Origin: Candidatus Oxydemutator sp.
Lineage (GTDB): Bacteria; Pseudomonadota; Gammaproteobacteria; Poriferisulfidales; Oxydemutatoraceae
Assembly (NCBI GenBank): GCA_965203445.1
Contig: OZ241883.1
Span: 736,001-800,000 of the forward strand
Reading direction: 5' to 3'
DNA: 64,000 nt
Position numbers and translations under genes: made by a program. Position 1 is the first letter of the stretch. The number at the start of each line of letters is the position of its first letter. The notes beneath the pieces are model-generated. The model saw nothing but the letters and a program-made list of their open reading frames with translations, was not told the DNA's origin and did not search any database. Positions 30,201 to 42,200 of the stretch are shown here, in pieces.

Positions 30201-33200
30201 CCTACCTATCGAGTAACTGGCACTCACCACCGAACCTGCAATGGCTTCGCCTATCAGACCACCCGAATTGTTCATGGCCGCGTGCACTTCCACGTCCGCG
30301 TAACTCCCTATTACCACGCCACGATTGACACCCGCCAGTGCGCCCGCCGACCAACCACCCGTCACGCCGCCGCCCGCCACCCAGCACGCCGCCACCCTGC
30401 CGTCGTTGCGGCCCACCAACGCACTCGTAAAAACACTGCCGTCCCCCACGCGCACGCGCGCGTTCCTTACACCCACGTTGCGGATCCTGCCGCCGACGCC
30501 CACGGCGCCGAACAATGCCGCGTAATCCAAGTCTGCCGACGTGTCAATACGCAAATTGCTTATGACGTGGCCGTTGCCCTCGAAAACAGCGGTGTAATAC
30601 GCCAACGGACTCCCGCCCCCTATCGGGATCCAGTCATCGCCTGACAAATCCAGGTCGTTCACCAACTCGTAGCCTTTGCAGCCGCCCGGACACCCGCTTT
30701 CGTCGAAAAACGGAAACGCTTCTTCGTAAGCAACCATGTCTCCATCGGCCACGCCGCGCAAGCCCATACCGCCCAAGTCATAGCGGATCGCCTTCAACTG
30801 CGTCGTCGTCATAACGTCTATCAGATTGTTGTCGTCGGGGTCATAATCGTTCCCATGCGATCTGATAACGCTGACGACCGCGGAACTGGCGGCGCTCAAA
30901 CGCACGTTGTCCGGGCCTTGCAAATTGCTTACCCTTACTCGATAACTCTCTCTCCGTTCCGACGCCCCGTCCTCCGTTACCCGTATGCTGAAAACCGCGC
31001 TGTCGGTGTTGACGAGAGTTATCGTCCCTCGCGTCGCACCGGAAAAATCGGCCGCCTCGGCGTGGCGGGCACCGACACCGACAAGCTCCACCGACCAACT
31101 CACCGTCACCGCGGCTCTGCTGCGAAAATCCAATTCCACCGCGTACGTTACCGTCGAGCCTTCCGCTATCGGATCGTCGCCTCGCTGCGACAGCGTCACC
31201 AATACCGGCGGCTGCAAGCGCCGCTGCACGCCGACATTCGTGCTGTTGCCGGTGGGATAACGCGCGCTCACGCCGCGCAACACCGGATAATCCGAACTAC
31301 TCCCGAAATCCCACGGCGCGTCGTTGAAGTCGCCATCGCCGTCCACGTCCAACTGGTCCCAACCGGCGTAGATGGTGCCCACGGCCGTCGTCGGCGCGCG
31401 CAACTCGGTGGACGTCTTCGACGAACGATCCGGCGACGGCACGTTCGTGCCGCAGCACGCAATCTGCGCGGTGCGCCCGCGGTCAAAGTAGCTCGACTGA
31501 ATCTTGACGGATGATCCGCGCGACCCTATCAGACCACCGTCCTGGTTCCCGGTCTCTTCCACTCGCCCGATGCTGTAACTGGCGCTCACTACGCTCATGT
31601 CGCCGGCACCGCCTATCAAGCCGCCTTTCGCTCGATTCGGGGGAACGGTCGCGGCGCTCACCGACACGTTGGTATAACTCGCCACCACCCTCCCCTTTGC
31701 CCCGGTCAACGCGCCTACCAGGCCGCCCACTCCCCAGCCGCCCGTCACCGACCCGCGCACCACGTAACTCGACGCTATCCTGCCATAGGCAACCCCCGCC
31801 AACGCGCCCGTCTGTATGCTGGTTTCATCCACCGTCACGTTCACGTCCACCAGACCCACGTTGCGGACGACACTGGCGGCGCCCAGGCCGCGGAACAAAC
31901 CCACAAAGTCCCATCGGTTACTCCCGCCGACAATGCGCATGTTCTCGATAACGTGGCCGTTGCCTTCGAACGTCCCGTGGTAACGGTTCTCATCAGGCAG
32001 CAAATTGCCCGGCAACTGATTGCGACCCCCGCCCCCTATCGGGTCCCAGTTGCCGCCCGACAAGTCCAGGTCGTTCAGCAATTCGTAGCCCTTGCACCTG
32101 CCCGGACACGTCTCGAACTCGTCAAAAAGTGGAAATGCGGCTTCGTAGTCATCCACGTCTCCATCGGCCACGCCGCGCAAACCCATCCCGCCCAGATCAT
32201 AGCCAATCGCCTCCAACTGCGACCTTGTCGTTACCTCTATCAGATTGTCGTTGTCGAGGTCGTAATCGGTTCCATGCGAGGCGATAGCACTGACGACCGC
32301 GGAATCGGCGGCACTCAAACGCACGCCGTCCGGGGCTTGCAAACTGCTTAACCGCACCCGAAACGCCTCTCTCGACTCCGACGTCCCGTCCTCCGCTATC
32401 CGGATCCCGAAAACCGCGCTGGCGGTGTCGACGAGAGTTACCGTCCCTCGCGTCGCCCCGACGAAATCGGCCGCCTCGGCGTGGCGGGCACCGACACCGA
32501 CAAGCTCCACCGACCAACTCACCGTCACCGCGGCTCTGCTGCGAAAATCCAATTCCACCGCGTACGTTACCGTCGAGCCTTCCGCTATCGGATCGTCGCC
32601 TCGCTGCGACAACACTACCAATACCGGCGGCTGCAAGCGCCGCTGCACGCCGACATTCGTGCTGTTGCCGGTGGGATAACGCGCGCTCACGCCGCGCAAC
32701 ACCGGATAATCCGAACTACTCCCGAAATCCCACGGCGCGTCGTTGAAGTCGCCATCGCCGTCCAGATCCAACTGGTCCCAACCGGCGTAGATGGTGCCCA
32801 CGGCCGTCGTCGGCGCGCGCAACTCGGTGGACGTCTTCGACGAACGATCCGGCGACGGCACGTTCGTGCCGCAGCACGCAATCTGCGCGGTGCGCCCGCG
32901 GTCAAAGTAGCTCGACTGAATCTTGACGGATGATCCGCGCGACCCTATCAGACCACCGTCCTGGTTCCCGGTCTCTTCCACTCGCCCGATGCTGTAACTG
33001 GCGCTCACTACGCTCATGTCGCCGGCACCGCCTATCAAGCCGCCTTTCGCTCGATTCGGGGGAACGGTCGCGGCGCTCACCGACACGTTGGTATAACTCG
33101 CCACCACCCTCCCCTTTGCCCCGGTCAACGCGCCTACCAGGCCGCCCACTCCCCAGCCGCCCGTCACCGACCCGCGCACCACGTAACTCGACGCTATCCT

Positions 33201-36200
33201 GCCATAGGCAACCCCCGCCAACGCACCCGTCTGTATGCTGGTTTCATCCACCGTCACGTTCACGTCCACCAGACCCACGTTGCGGACGACACTGGCGGCG
33301 CCCAGGCCGCGGAACAAACCCACAAAGTCCCATCGGTTACTCCCGCCGACAATGCGCATGTTCTCGATAACGTGGCCGTGACCCTCGAACGTCCCGTGGT
33401 AACGGTTCTCATCAGGCAGCAAATTGCCCGGCAACTGATTGCGACCCCCGCCCCCTATCGGGTCCCAGTTGCCGCCCGACAAGTCCAGGTCGTTCACCAA
33501 CTCGTAGCCTTTGCAGCCGCCCGGACACCCGCTTTCGTCGAAAAACGGAAACGCTTCGTCGTAAGCAACCATGTCTCCATCGGCCACGCCGCGCAAGCCC
33601 ATACCGCCCAAGTCATAGCCAATCGCCTCCAACTGCGACCTTGTCGTTACCTCTATCAGATTGTCGTTGTCGAGGTCGTAATCGGTTCCATGCGATCTGA
33701 TAACGCTGACGACCGCGGAACTGGCGGCGCTCAAACGCACGTTGTCCGGCGCCTGCAATTCGCTCAACCGCACTCGAAACATCTCTCTCCGTTCCGGCGT
33801 CCCGTCCTCCGTTACCCGTATACTGAAAACCGCGCTGTCGGTGTTGACGAGGGTTATCGTCCCTCGCGTCGCACCGGAAAAATCGGCCGCCTCGGCGTGG
33901 CGGGCACCGACACCGACAAGCTCCACCGACCAACTCACCGTCACCGCGGCTCTGCTGCGAAAATCCAATTCCACCGCGTACGTTACCGTCGAGCCTTCCG
34001 CTATCGGATCGTCGCCTCGCTGCGACAGCGTCACCAATACCGGCGGCTGCAAGCGCCGCTGCACGCCGACATTCGTGCTGTTGCCGGTGGGATAACGCGC
34101 GCTCACGCCGCGCAGCACCGGATAATCCGAACTACTCCCGAAATCCCACGGCGCGTCGTTGAAGTCGCCATCGCCGTCCAGATCCAACTGGTCCCAACCG
34201 GCGTAGATGGTGCCCACGGCCGTCGTCGGCGCGCGCAACTCGGTGGACGTCTTCGACGAACGATCCGGCGACGGCACGTTCGTGCCGCAGCACGAACTCA
34301 GCCTGGCGCGCACGCGATCAAAGTAGCTTGCCTGAATCTCGGCCGACGTGGCGCGAGCACCCGCCAGACCGCCGACCTCGGAACCGCTCCTTCGCAGCAT
34401 CGCCACCGTGTAACTGGCGCTCACTATGCTCATGTCGGAAAGCCTGCCTGCCAGACCGCCCAACGGCCGATTCAGGCTATCCACCAATACGTCGGCATAA
34501 CTGGCAATGATGATTCCACTCCCGTCCAATGTGCCCACCAGACCGCCTATGCCCCAACCGCCGTGCACCTCGCCGCCCACCACGTAACTCGACGCTATCC
34601 TGCCGGAGGCAACCCCGGCCAACGCGCCCGTCTGTATGCTGGTTTCATCCACCGTCACGCTCACGTCCACCAGACCCACGTTGCGGACGACACTGGCGGC
34701 GCCCAGGCCGCGGAACAAACCCACAAAGTCCCATCGGTTACTCCCGCCGACAATGCGCATGTTCTCGATAACGTAGCCGTGACCCTCGAACGTCCCGTTG
34801 TAACGGTTCTCATCAGGCAGCAAATCGCCCGGCAACTGATTGCGACCCCCGCCCCCTATCGGGACCCAGTCCTCGCCCGACAAGTCCAAATCATTCGACA
34901 ACTCATAGCCTTTGCAGCCGCCCGGACACCCGTTTTCCTCGAAGCCCGGAAAGGCTTCTTCGTAAGCAGCCGCGTCGTCCCCATCGGCCACGCCACGCAA
35001 ACCCATCCCGCCCAGATCATAGCCAATCGCCTCCAACTGCGACCTTGTCGTTACCTCTATCAGATTGTCGTTGTCGAGGTCGTAATCGGTTCCATGCGAG
35101 GCGATAGCACTGACGACCGCGGAACTGGCGGCGCTCAAACGCACGTTGTCCGGGCCTTGCAAATTGCTTACCCTTACTCGATAACTCTCTCTCCGTTCCG
35201 ACGCCCCGTCCTCCGTTACCCGTATGCTGAAAACCGCGCTGTCGGTGTTGACGAGAGTTATCGTCCCTCGCGTCGCACCGGAAAAATCGGCCGCCTCGGC
35301 GTGGCGGGCACCGACACCGACAAGCTCCACCGACCAACTCACCGTCACCGCGGCTCTGCTGCGAAAATCCAGTTCCACCGCGTACGTTACCGTCGAGCCT
35401 TCCGCTATCGGATCGTCGCCTCGCTGCGACAACACTACCAATACCGGCGGCTGCAAGCGCCGCTGCACGCCGACATTCGTGCTGTTGCCGGTGGGATAAC
35501 GCGCGCTCACGCCGCGCAACACCGGATAATCCGAACTACTCCCGAAATCCCACGGCGCGTCGTTGAAGTCGCCATCGCCGTCCACGTCCAACTGGTCCCA
35601 ACCAGCGTAGATGGTGCCCACGGCCGTCGTCGGCGCGCGCAACTCGGTGGACGTCTTCGACGAACGATCCGGCGACGGCACGTTCGTGCCGCAGCACGCA
35701 ATCTGCGCGGTGCGCCCGCGGTCAAAGTAGCTCGACTGAATCTTGACGGATGATCCGCGCGACCCTATCAGACCACCGTCCTGGTTCCCGGTCTCTTCCA
35801 CTCGCCCGATGCTGTAACTGGCGCTCACTACGCTCATGTCGCCGGCACCGCCTATCAAGCCGCCTTTCGCTCGATTCGGGGGAACGGTCGCGGCGCTCAC
35901 CGACACGTTGGTATAACTCGCCACCACCCTCCCCTTTGCCCCGGTCAACGCGCCTACCAGGCCGCCCACTCCCCAGCCGCCCGTCACCGACCCGCGCACC
36001 ACGTAACTCGACGCTATCCTGCCATAGGCAACCCCCGCCAACGCGCCCGTCTGTATGCTGGTTTCATCCACCGTCACGTTCACGTCCACCAGACCCACGT
36101 TGCGGACGACACTGGCGGCGCCCAGGCCGCGGAACAAACCCACAAAGTCCCATCGGTTACTCCCGCCGACAATGCGCATGTTCTCGATAACGTGGCCGTT

Positions 36201-39200
36201 GCCTTCGAACGTCCCGTGGTAACGGTTCTCATCAGGCAGCAAATCGCCCGGCAACCGATTGCGACCCCCGCCCCCTATCGGGTCCCAGTTGCCGCCCGAC
36301 AAGTCCAGGTCGTTCACCAACTCGTAGCCTTTGCAGCCGCCCGGACACCCGCTTTCGTCGAAAAACGGAAACGCTTCGTCGTAAGCAACCATGTCTCCAT
36401 CGGCCACGCCGCGCAAACCCATCCCGCCCAGATCATAGCCAATCGCCTCCAACTGCGACCTTGTCGTTACCTCTATCAGATTGTCGTTGTCGAGGTCGTA
36501 ATCGGTTCCATGCGATCTGATAACGCTGACGACCGCGGAACTGGCGGCGCTCAAACGCACGTTGTCCGGCGCCTGCAATTCGCTCAACCGCACTCGAAAC
36601 ATCTCTCTCCGTTCCGACGCCCCGTCCTCCGTTACCCGTATACTGAAAACCGCGCTGTCGGTGTTGACGAGGGTTATCGTCCCTCGTGTCGCACCGGAAA
36701 AATCGGCCGCCTCGGCGTAGACGGGGCCGACGCCGACGGTTTCCACCAACCAACTCATCGTCGCGATGCCGACGACGCCGTCCAATTCCACCGCGTACGT
36801 TACCGTCGAGCCTTCCGCTATCGGATCGTCGCCTCGCTGCGACAGCGTCACCAATACCGGCGGCTGCAAGCGCCGCTGCACGCCGACATTCGTGCTGTTG
36901 CCGGTGGGATAACGCGCGCTCACGCCGCGCAACACCGGATAATCCAGACTACTCCCGAAATCCCACGGCGCGTCGTTGAAGTCGCCATCGCCGTCCACGT
37001 CCAACTGGTCCCAACCGGCGTAGATGGTGCCCACGGCCGTCGTCGGCGCGCGCAACTCGGTGGACGTCTTCGACGAACGATCCGGCGACGGCACGTTCGT
37101 GCCGCAGCACGCAATCTGCGCGGTGCGCCCGCGGTCAAAGTAGCTCGACTGAATCTTGACGGATGATCCGCGCGACCCTATCAGACCACCGTCCTGGTTC
37201 CCGGTCTCTTCCACTCGCCCGATGCTGTAACTGGCGCTCACTACGCTCATGTCGCCGGCACCGCCTATCAAGCCGCCTTTCGCTCGATTCGGGGGAACGG
37301 TCGCGGCGCTCACCGACACGTTGGTATAACTCGCCACCACCCTCCCCTTTGCCCCGGTCAACGCGCCTACCAGGCCGCCCACTCCCCAGCTGCCCGTCAC
37401 CGACCCGCGCACCACGTAACTCGACGCTATCCTGCCATAGGCAACCCCCGCCAACGCGCCCGTCTGGACGCTGCTCGCAGGCACCTCCACGTTCACGTCC
37501 ACCAGACCCACGTTGCGGACGACACTGGCGGCGCCCAGGCCGCGGAACAAACCCACAAAGTCCCATCGGTTACTCCCGCCGACAATGCGCATGTTCTCGA
37601 TAACGTAGCCGTTGCCTTCGAACGTCCCGTTGTAACGGTTCTCATCAGGCAGCAAATTGCCCGGCAACTGATTGCGACCCCCGCCCCCTATCGGAACCCA
37701 GTCCTCGCCCGACAAGTCCAAATCATTCGACAACTCGTAGCCTTTGCACCTGCCCGGACACGTCTCGAACTCGTCAAAAAGTGGAAATGCGGCTTCGTAG
37801 TCATCCACGTCTCCATCGGCCACGCCGCGCAAGCCCATACCGCCCAAGTCATAGCCAATCGCCTCCAACTGCGACCTTGTCGTTACCTCTATCAGATTGT
37901 CGTTGTCGAGGTCGTAATCGGTTCCATGCGATCTGATAACGCTGACGACCGCGGAACTGGCGGCGCTCAAATGCACGTTGTCCGGGCCTTGCAAATTGCT
38001 TACCCTTACTCGAAACATCTCTCTCCGTTCCGGCGTCCCGTCCTCCGTTACCCGTATACTGAAAACCGCGCTGTCGGTGTTGACGAGGGTTATCGTCCCT
38101 CGCGTCGCACCGGAAAAATCGGCCGCCTCGGCGTGGCGGGCACCGACACCGACAAGCTCCACCGACCAACTCACCGTCACCGCGGCTCTGCTGCGAAAAT
38201 CCAGTTCCACCGCGTACGTCACCGTCGAACCTTCCGCTATCGGATCGTCGCCTCGCTGCGACAGCGTCACCAATACCGGCGGCTGCAAGCGCCGCTGCAC
38301 GCCGACATTCGTGCTGTTGCCGGTGGGATAACGCGCGCTCACGCCGCGCAACACCGGATAATCCAGACTACTCCCGAAATCCCACGGCGCGTCGTTGAAG
38401 TCGCCATCGCCGTCCACGTCCAACTGGTCCCAACCGGCGTAGATGGTGCCCACGGCCGTCGTCGGCGCGCGCAACTCGGTGGACGTCTTCGACGAACGAT
38501 CCGGCGACGGCACGTTCGTGCCGCAGCACGCAATCTGCGCGGTGCGCCCGCGGTCAAAGTAGCTCGACTGAATCTTGACGGATGATCCGCGCGACCCTAT
38601 CAGACCACCGTCCTGGTTCCCGGTCTCTTCCACTCGCCCGATGCTGTAACTGGCGCTCACTACGCTCATGTCGCCGGCACCGCCTATCAAGCCGCCTTTC
38701 GCTCGATTCGGGGGAACGGTCGCGGCGCTCACCGACACGTTGGTATAACTCGCCACCACCCTCCCCTTTGCCCCGGTCAACGCGCCTACCAGGCCGCCCA
38801 CTCCCCAGCCGCCCGTCACCGACCCGCGCACCACGTAACTCGACGCTATCCTGCCATAGGCAACCCCCGCCAACGCGCCCGTCTGTATGCTGGTTTCATC
38901 CACCGTCACGTTCACGTCCACCAGACCCACGTTGCGGACGACACTGGCGGCGCCCAGGCCGCGGAACAAACCCACAAAGTCCCATCGGTTACTCCCGCCG
39001 ACAATGCGCATGTTCTCGATAACGTGGCCGTGACCCTCGAACGTCCCGTGGTAACGGTTCTCATCAGGCAGCAAATTGCCCGGCAACTGATTGCGACCCC
39101 CGCCCCCTATCGGGTCCCAGTTGCCGCCCGACAAGTCCAGGTCGTTCACCAACTCGTAGCCCTCGCACCTGCCCGGACACGTCTCGAACTCGTCAAAAAG

Positions 39201-42200
39201 TGGAAATGCGGCTTCGTAGTCATCCACGTCTCCATCGGCCACGCCACGCAAACCCATCCCGCCCAGATCATAGCCAATCGCCTCCAACTGCGACCTTGTC
39301 GTTACCTCTATCAGATTGTCGTTGTCGAGGTCGTAATCGGTTCCATGCGAGGCGATAGCACTGACGACCGCGGAACTGGCGGCACTCAAACGCACGCCGT
39401 CCGGGGCTTGCAAACTGCTTAACCGCACCCGAAACGCCTCTCTCGACTCCGACGTCCCGTCCTCCGCTATCCGGATCCCGAAAACCGCGCTGGCGGTGTC
39501 GACGAGAGTTACCGTCCCTCGCGTCGCCCCGACGAAATCGGCCGCCTCGGCGTGGCGGGCGCCGACTCCGACAAGCTCCACCGACCAACTCACCGTCACC
39601 GCGGCCGTGCTGCGAACGCCAAGTTCCACCGCGTACGTTACCGTAGAACCTTCCGCTATCGGATCGCCGCTTCGCTGCGACAACGCCACCAACGATACCG
39701 ACGGCCGCAAGCGCCGCTGCACGGCGACATTCGTGCTGTTGCCGGTGAGATAACGCGCGCTCACGCCGCGCAACACCGGATAATCCGAACTACTCCCGAA
39801 ATCCCACGGCGCGTCGTTGAAGTCGCCGTCGTCGTCCACATCCAATTTGTCCCAACCGGCGTAGATGCCCACGGCCGCTGTCGGAGTGCGCAGCTCGAAG
39901 AACTTCCTGGGCGACCGATCCGGCGACGGCGGGTTCGCGCCGCAGCACGACGTCTGCCCGGTGCGATCGCGGTCAAAGTAGCTTGACTGGATCTCCACCA
40001 TAGATCCACGATACCCCATCAAACCGCCTCTATGAGGCCCCCCGCCGGTCGGAACCCCTATCGTGTAGCTGGCGCTCACTATGGACACGCCCTGGGCGCT
40101 GCCTATCAAACCGCCCGCTCTTTGCCTCCTGCCATGCACCGCGGCGTCGCTATAACCGGCAATCACGCTTCCCCCGCGCGTCTCGCCTACCAGACCGCCT
40201 ACGGCCCAGCTACCGGTCACCACCCCGCCAACCGCGTAACTCGCCGCTATCCTGCCGTAGGCGATCCCCACCAACGCGCCTACCCCCACGCTTTCAGGCG
40301 CATGCACACTCACGTTCTCCATACCCACCGAACGGATCTTGCCGCCGGCGCCCAAGGCGCCGAACAAGCCCACGCCGTCATAACGATCACTGCCGACGGC
40401 TTGTGTGAACTTCATGTTCCTGACGATGTGGCCGTTGCCTTCGAATACGGCGTCGTAGCGGTCCGATGTTCCCCCTCCGCCTATCGGCATCCAGTTGTCC
40501 ACACTCGACAAGTCCACGTCGTTCACCAACTCGTAGCCCTTGCAACCGCCCGGACACCCGCTTTCGTCGAAACCCGGAAAGGCCCTGTCGTAGGCAGCCA
40601 CGTCTCCATCGGCCACGCCGCGAAAACCCATACCGCCCAAGTCATGGCGGATCGCCGCCAACTGCGACGTCGTCGCAACGTCTATCAGATTGTTGTCGTC
40701 GTGGTCGTAATCGCTTCCATTCTGTACGATGGCACTGACGACCGCGGAACTGGCGACGCTCAGGGCTATCCTGTCCGAGGCCTGCAATGCGCTCAAACGC
40801 ACCCGAAAACTCTCTCTCGGTTCCGTCGTTCCGTCCCTCGCTATCCCGACCCGGAAAACCGCGCTGTTGGTATTGACGAGAGTGATCACCCCTCGCGTCA
40901 CCGCGACAAAATCGGCCGCCTCGGCGTAGCCGTCGCCGACGCCGACGGGTTCCACCGACCAGCTCATCGCCACCACGACGCCACTGCTGGCGACGCTGTC
41001 GCTGACGTCCAATCCCACCGCGTACGTCACCGTCGAACCTTCCGTCAGCAGACCGCCGTTTCGCTGCGACAACGCCACCAATACCGGCGGCTGCAAGCGC
41101 CGCTGCACGCCGACGTTCGTACTGTTGCCGGTGGGATAACGCGCGCTGACGCCGCGCAACAACGGATAATCCAGACCGCTCCCGAAATCCCACGGCGCGT
41201 CGTCGTTGAAGTCGTCGTCACCAAGCTGATCCACGCCGTCCACGTCCAATTTGTTCCAACCGGTGTAGATGCCCACGGCCGTCGTCGGAGCACGCAAATC
41301 CCGGCCCGCCCTGCGCGTTGTCGCGGGCACGCGGATACCGTTGCCCCAAGTACTACGGGTGCCGTCGAAGTAACTGTTTTCTATCTCCCCTGGATTAACC
41401 CTGTTTTGGATACCGACCAGACCGCCGGCATTGTCGCCTCCCGCGAACAAACCGGACGAATAACTCGCTATGACCTTTCCGCTATTAAAATACACCAGAC
41501 CTCCGGCTAACGAACCATTCCCCACGACCCTTACCGCCACGTCGACATAACTGGCGACGATCAACCCACCATTCCCACCCACCAGACCGCCCGCAGCCCC
41601 ACCGAACGAAGGGGCCACGAGAGTCACTGTGCCACCCACCACGTAACTCGCCGCCACCTTCCCGTAATTGTCGCCCACCAGCGCACCTCCAGTATTGCGC
41701 CCGGACACGTCCACGTCCACCAGACCCACGTTGCGGATGACGCCATCCACACCCACGACACGAAACAAGCCTGTACGATTCCCCGGATCGTTCACATGCA
41801 GATTTCTGATGATGTGGCCGTTGCCTTCGAATACGGCGTTGTAGCGAAGCGACAAAGGAGACTCCTCCCCTATCGGTACCCAGTCCACACCAGCAAGGTC
41901 CACGTCGTTCAGCAATTCATAGCCGGTGCAGGTGTCGGGACAAGAGTCGAGCACGTCAAAAAACGGAAATGCGTCTTCGTAATCAATCACGTCTCCATCG
42001 GCCACGCCGCGCAAACCCATACCGCCCAAGTCATAGCGGATCGCCGCCAACTGCGACGTCGTCGCAACGTCTATCAGATTGTTGTCGTCGCGGTCATAAT
42101 CGGTTCCATGCGGCTCAATAAAACTGATGACCGAGGAACTGGCGGCACGCAAACGCACGTTGTCCGGGCCTCGCAAATTGCTTAATCTCACTCGAAATCT

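Noticed and set aside
30855-39345. Possible CRISPR array
   Set aside because: Repeat unit is about 1.4 kb and coding; no short repeat-spacer pattern or cas genes in the window
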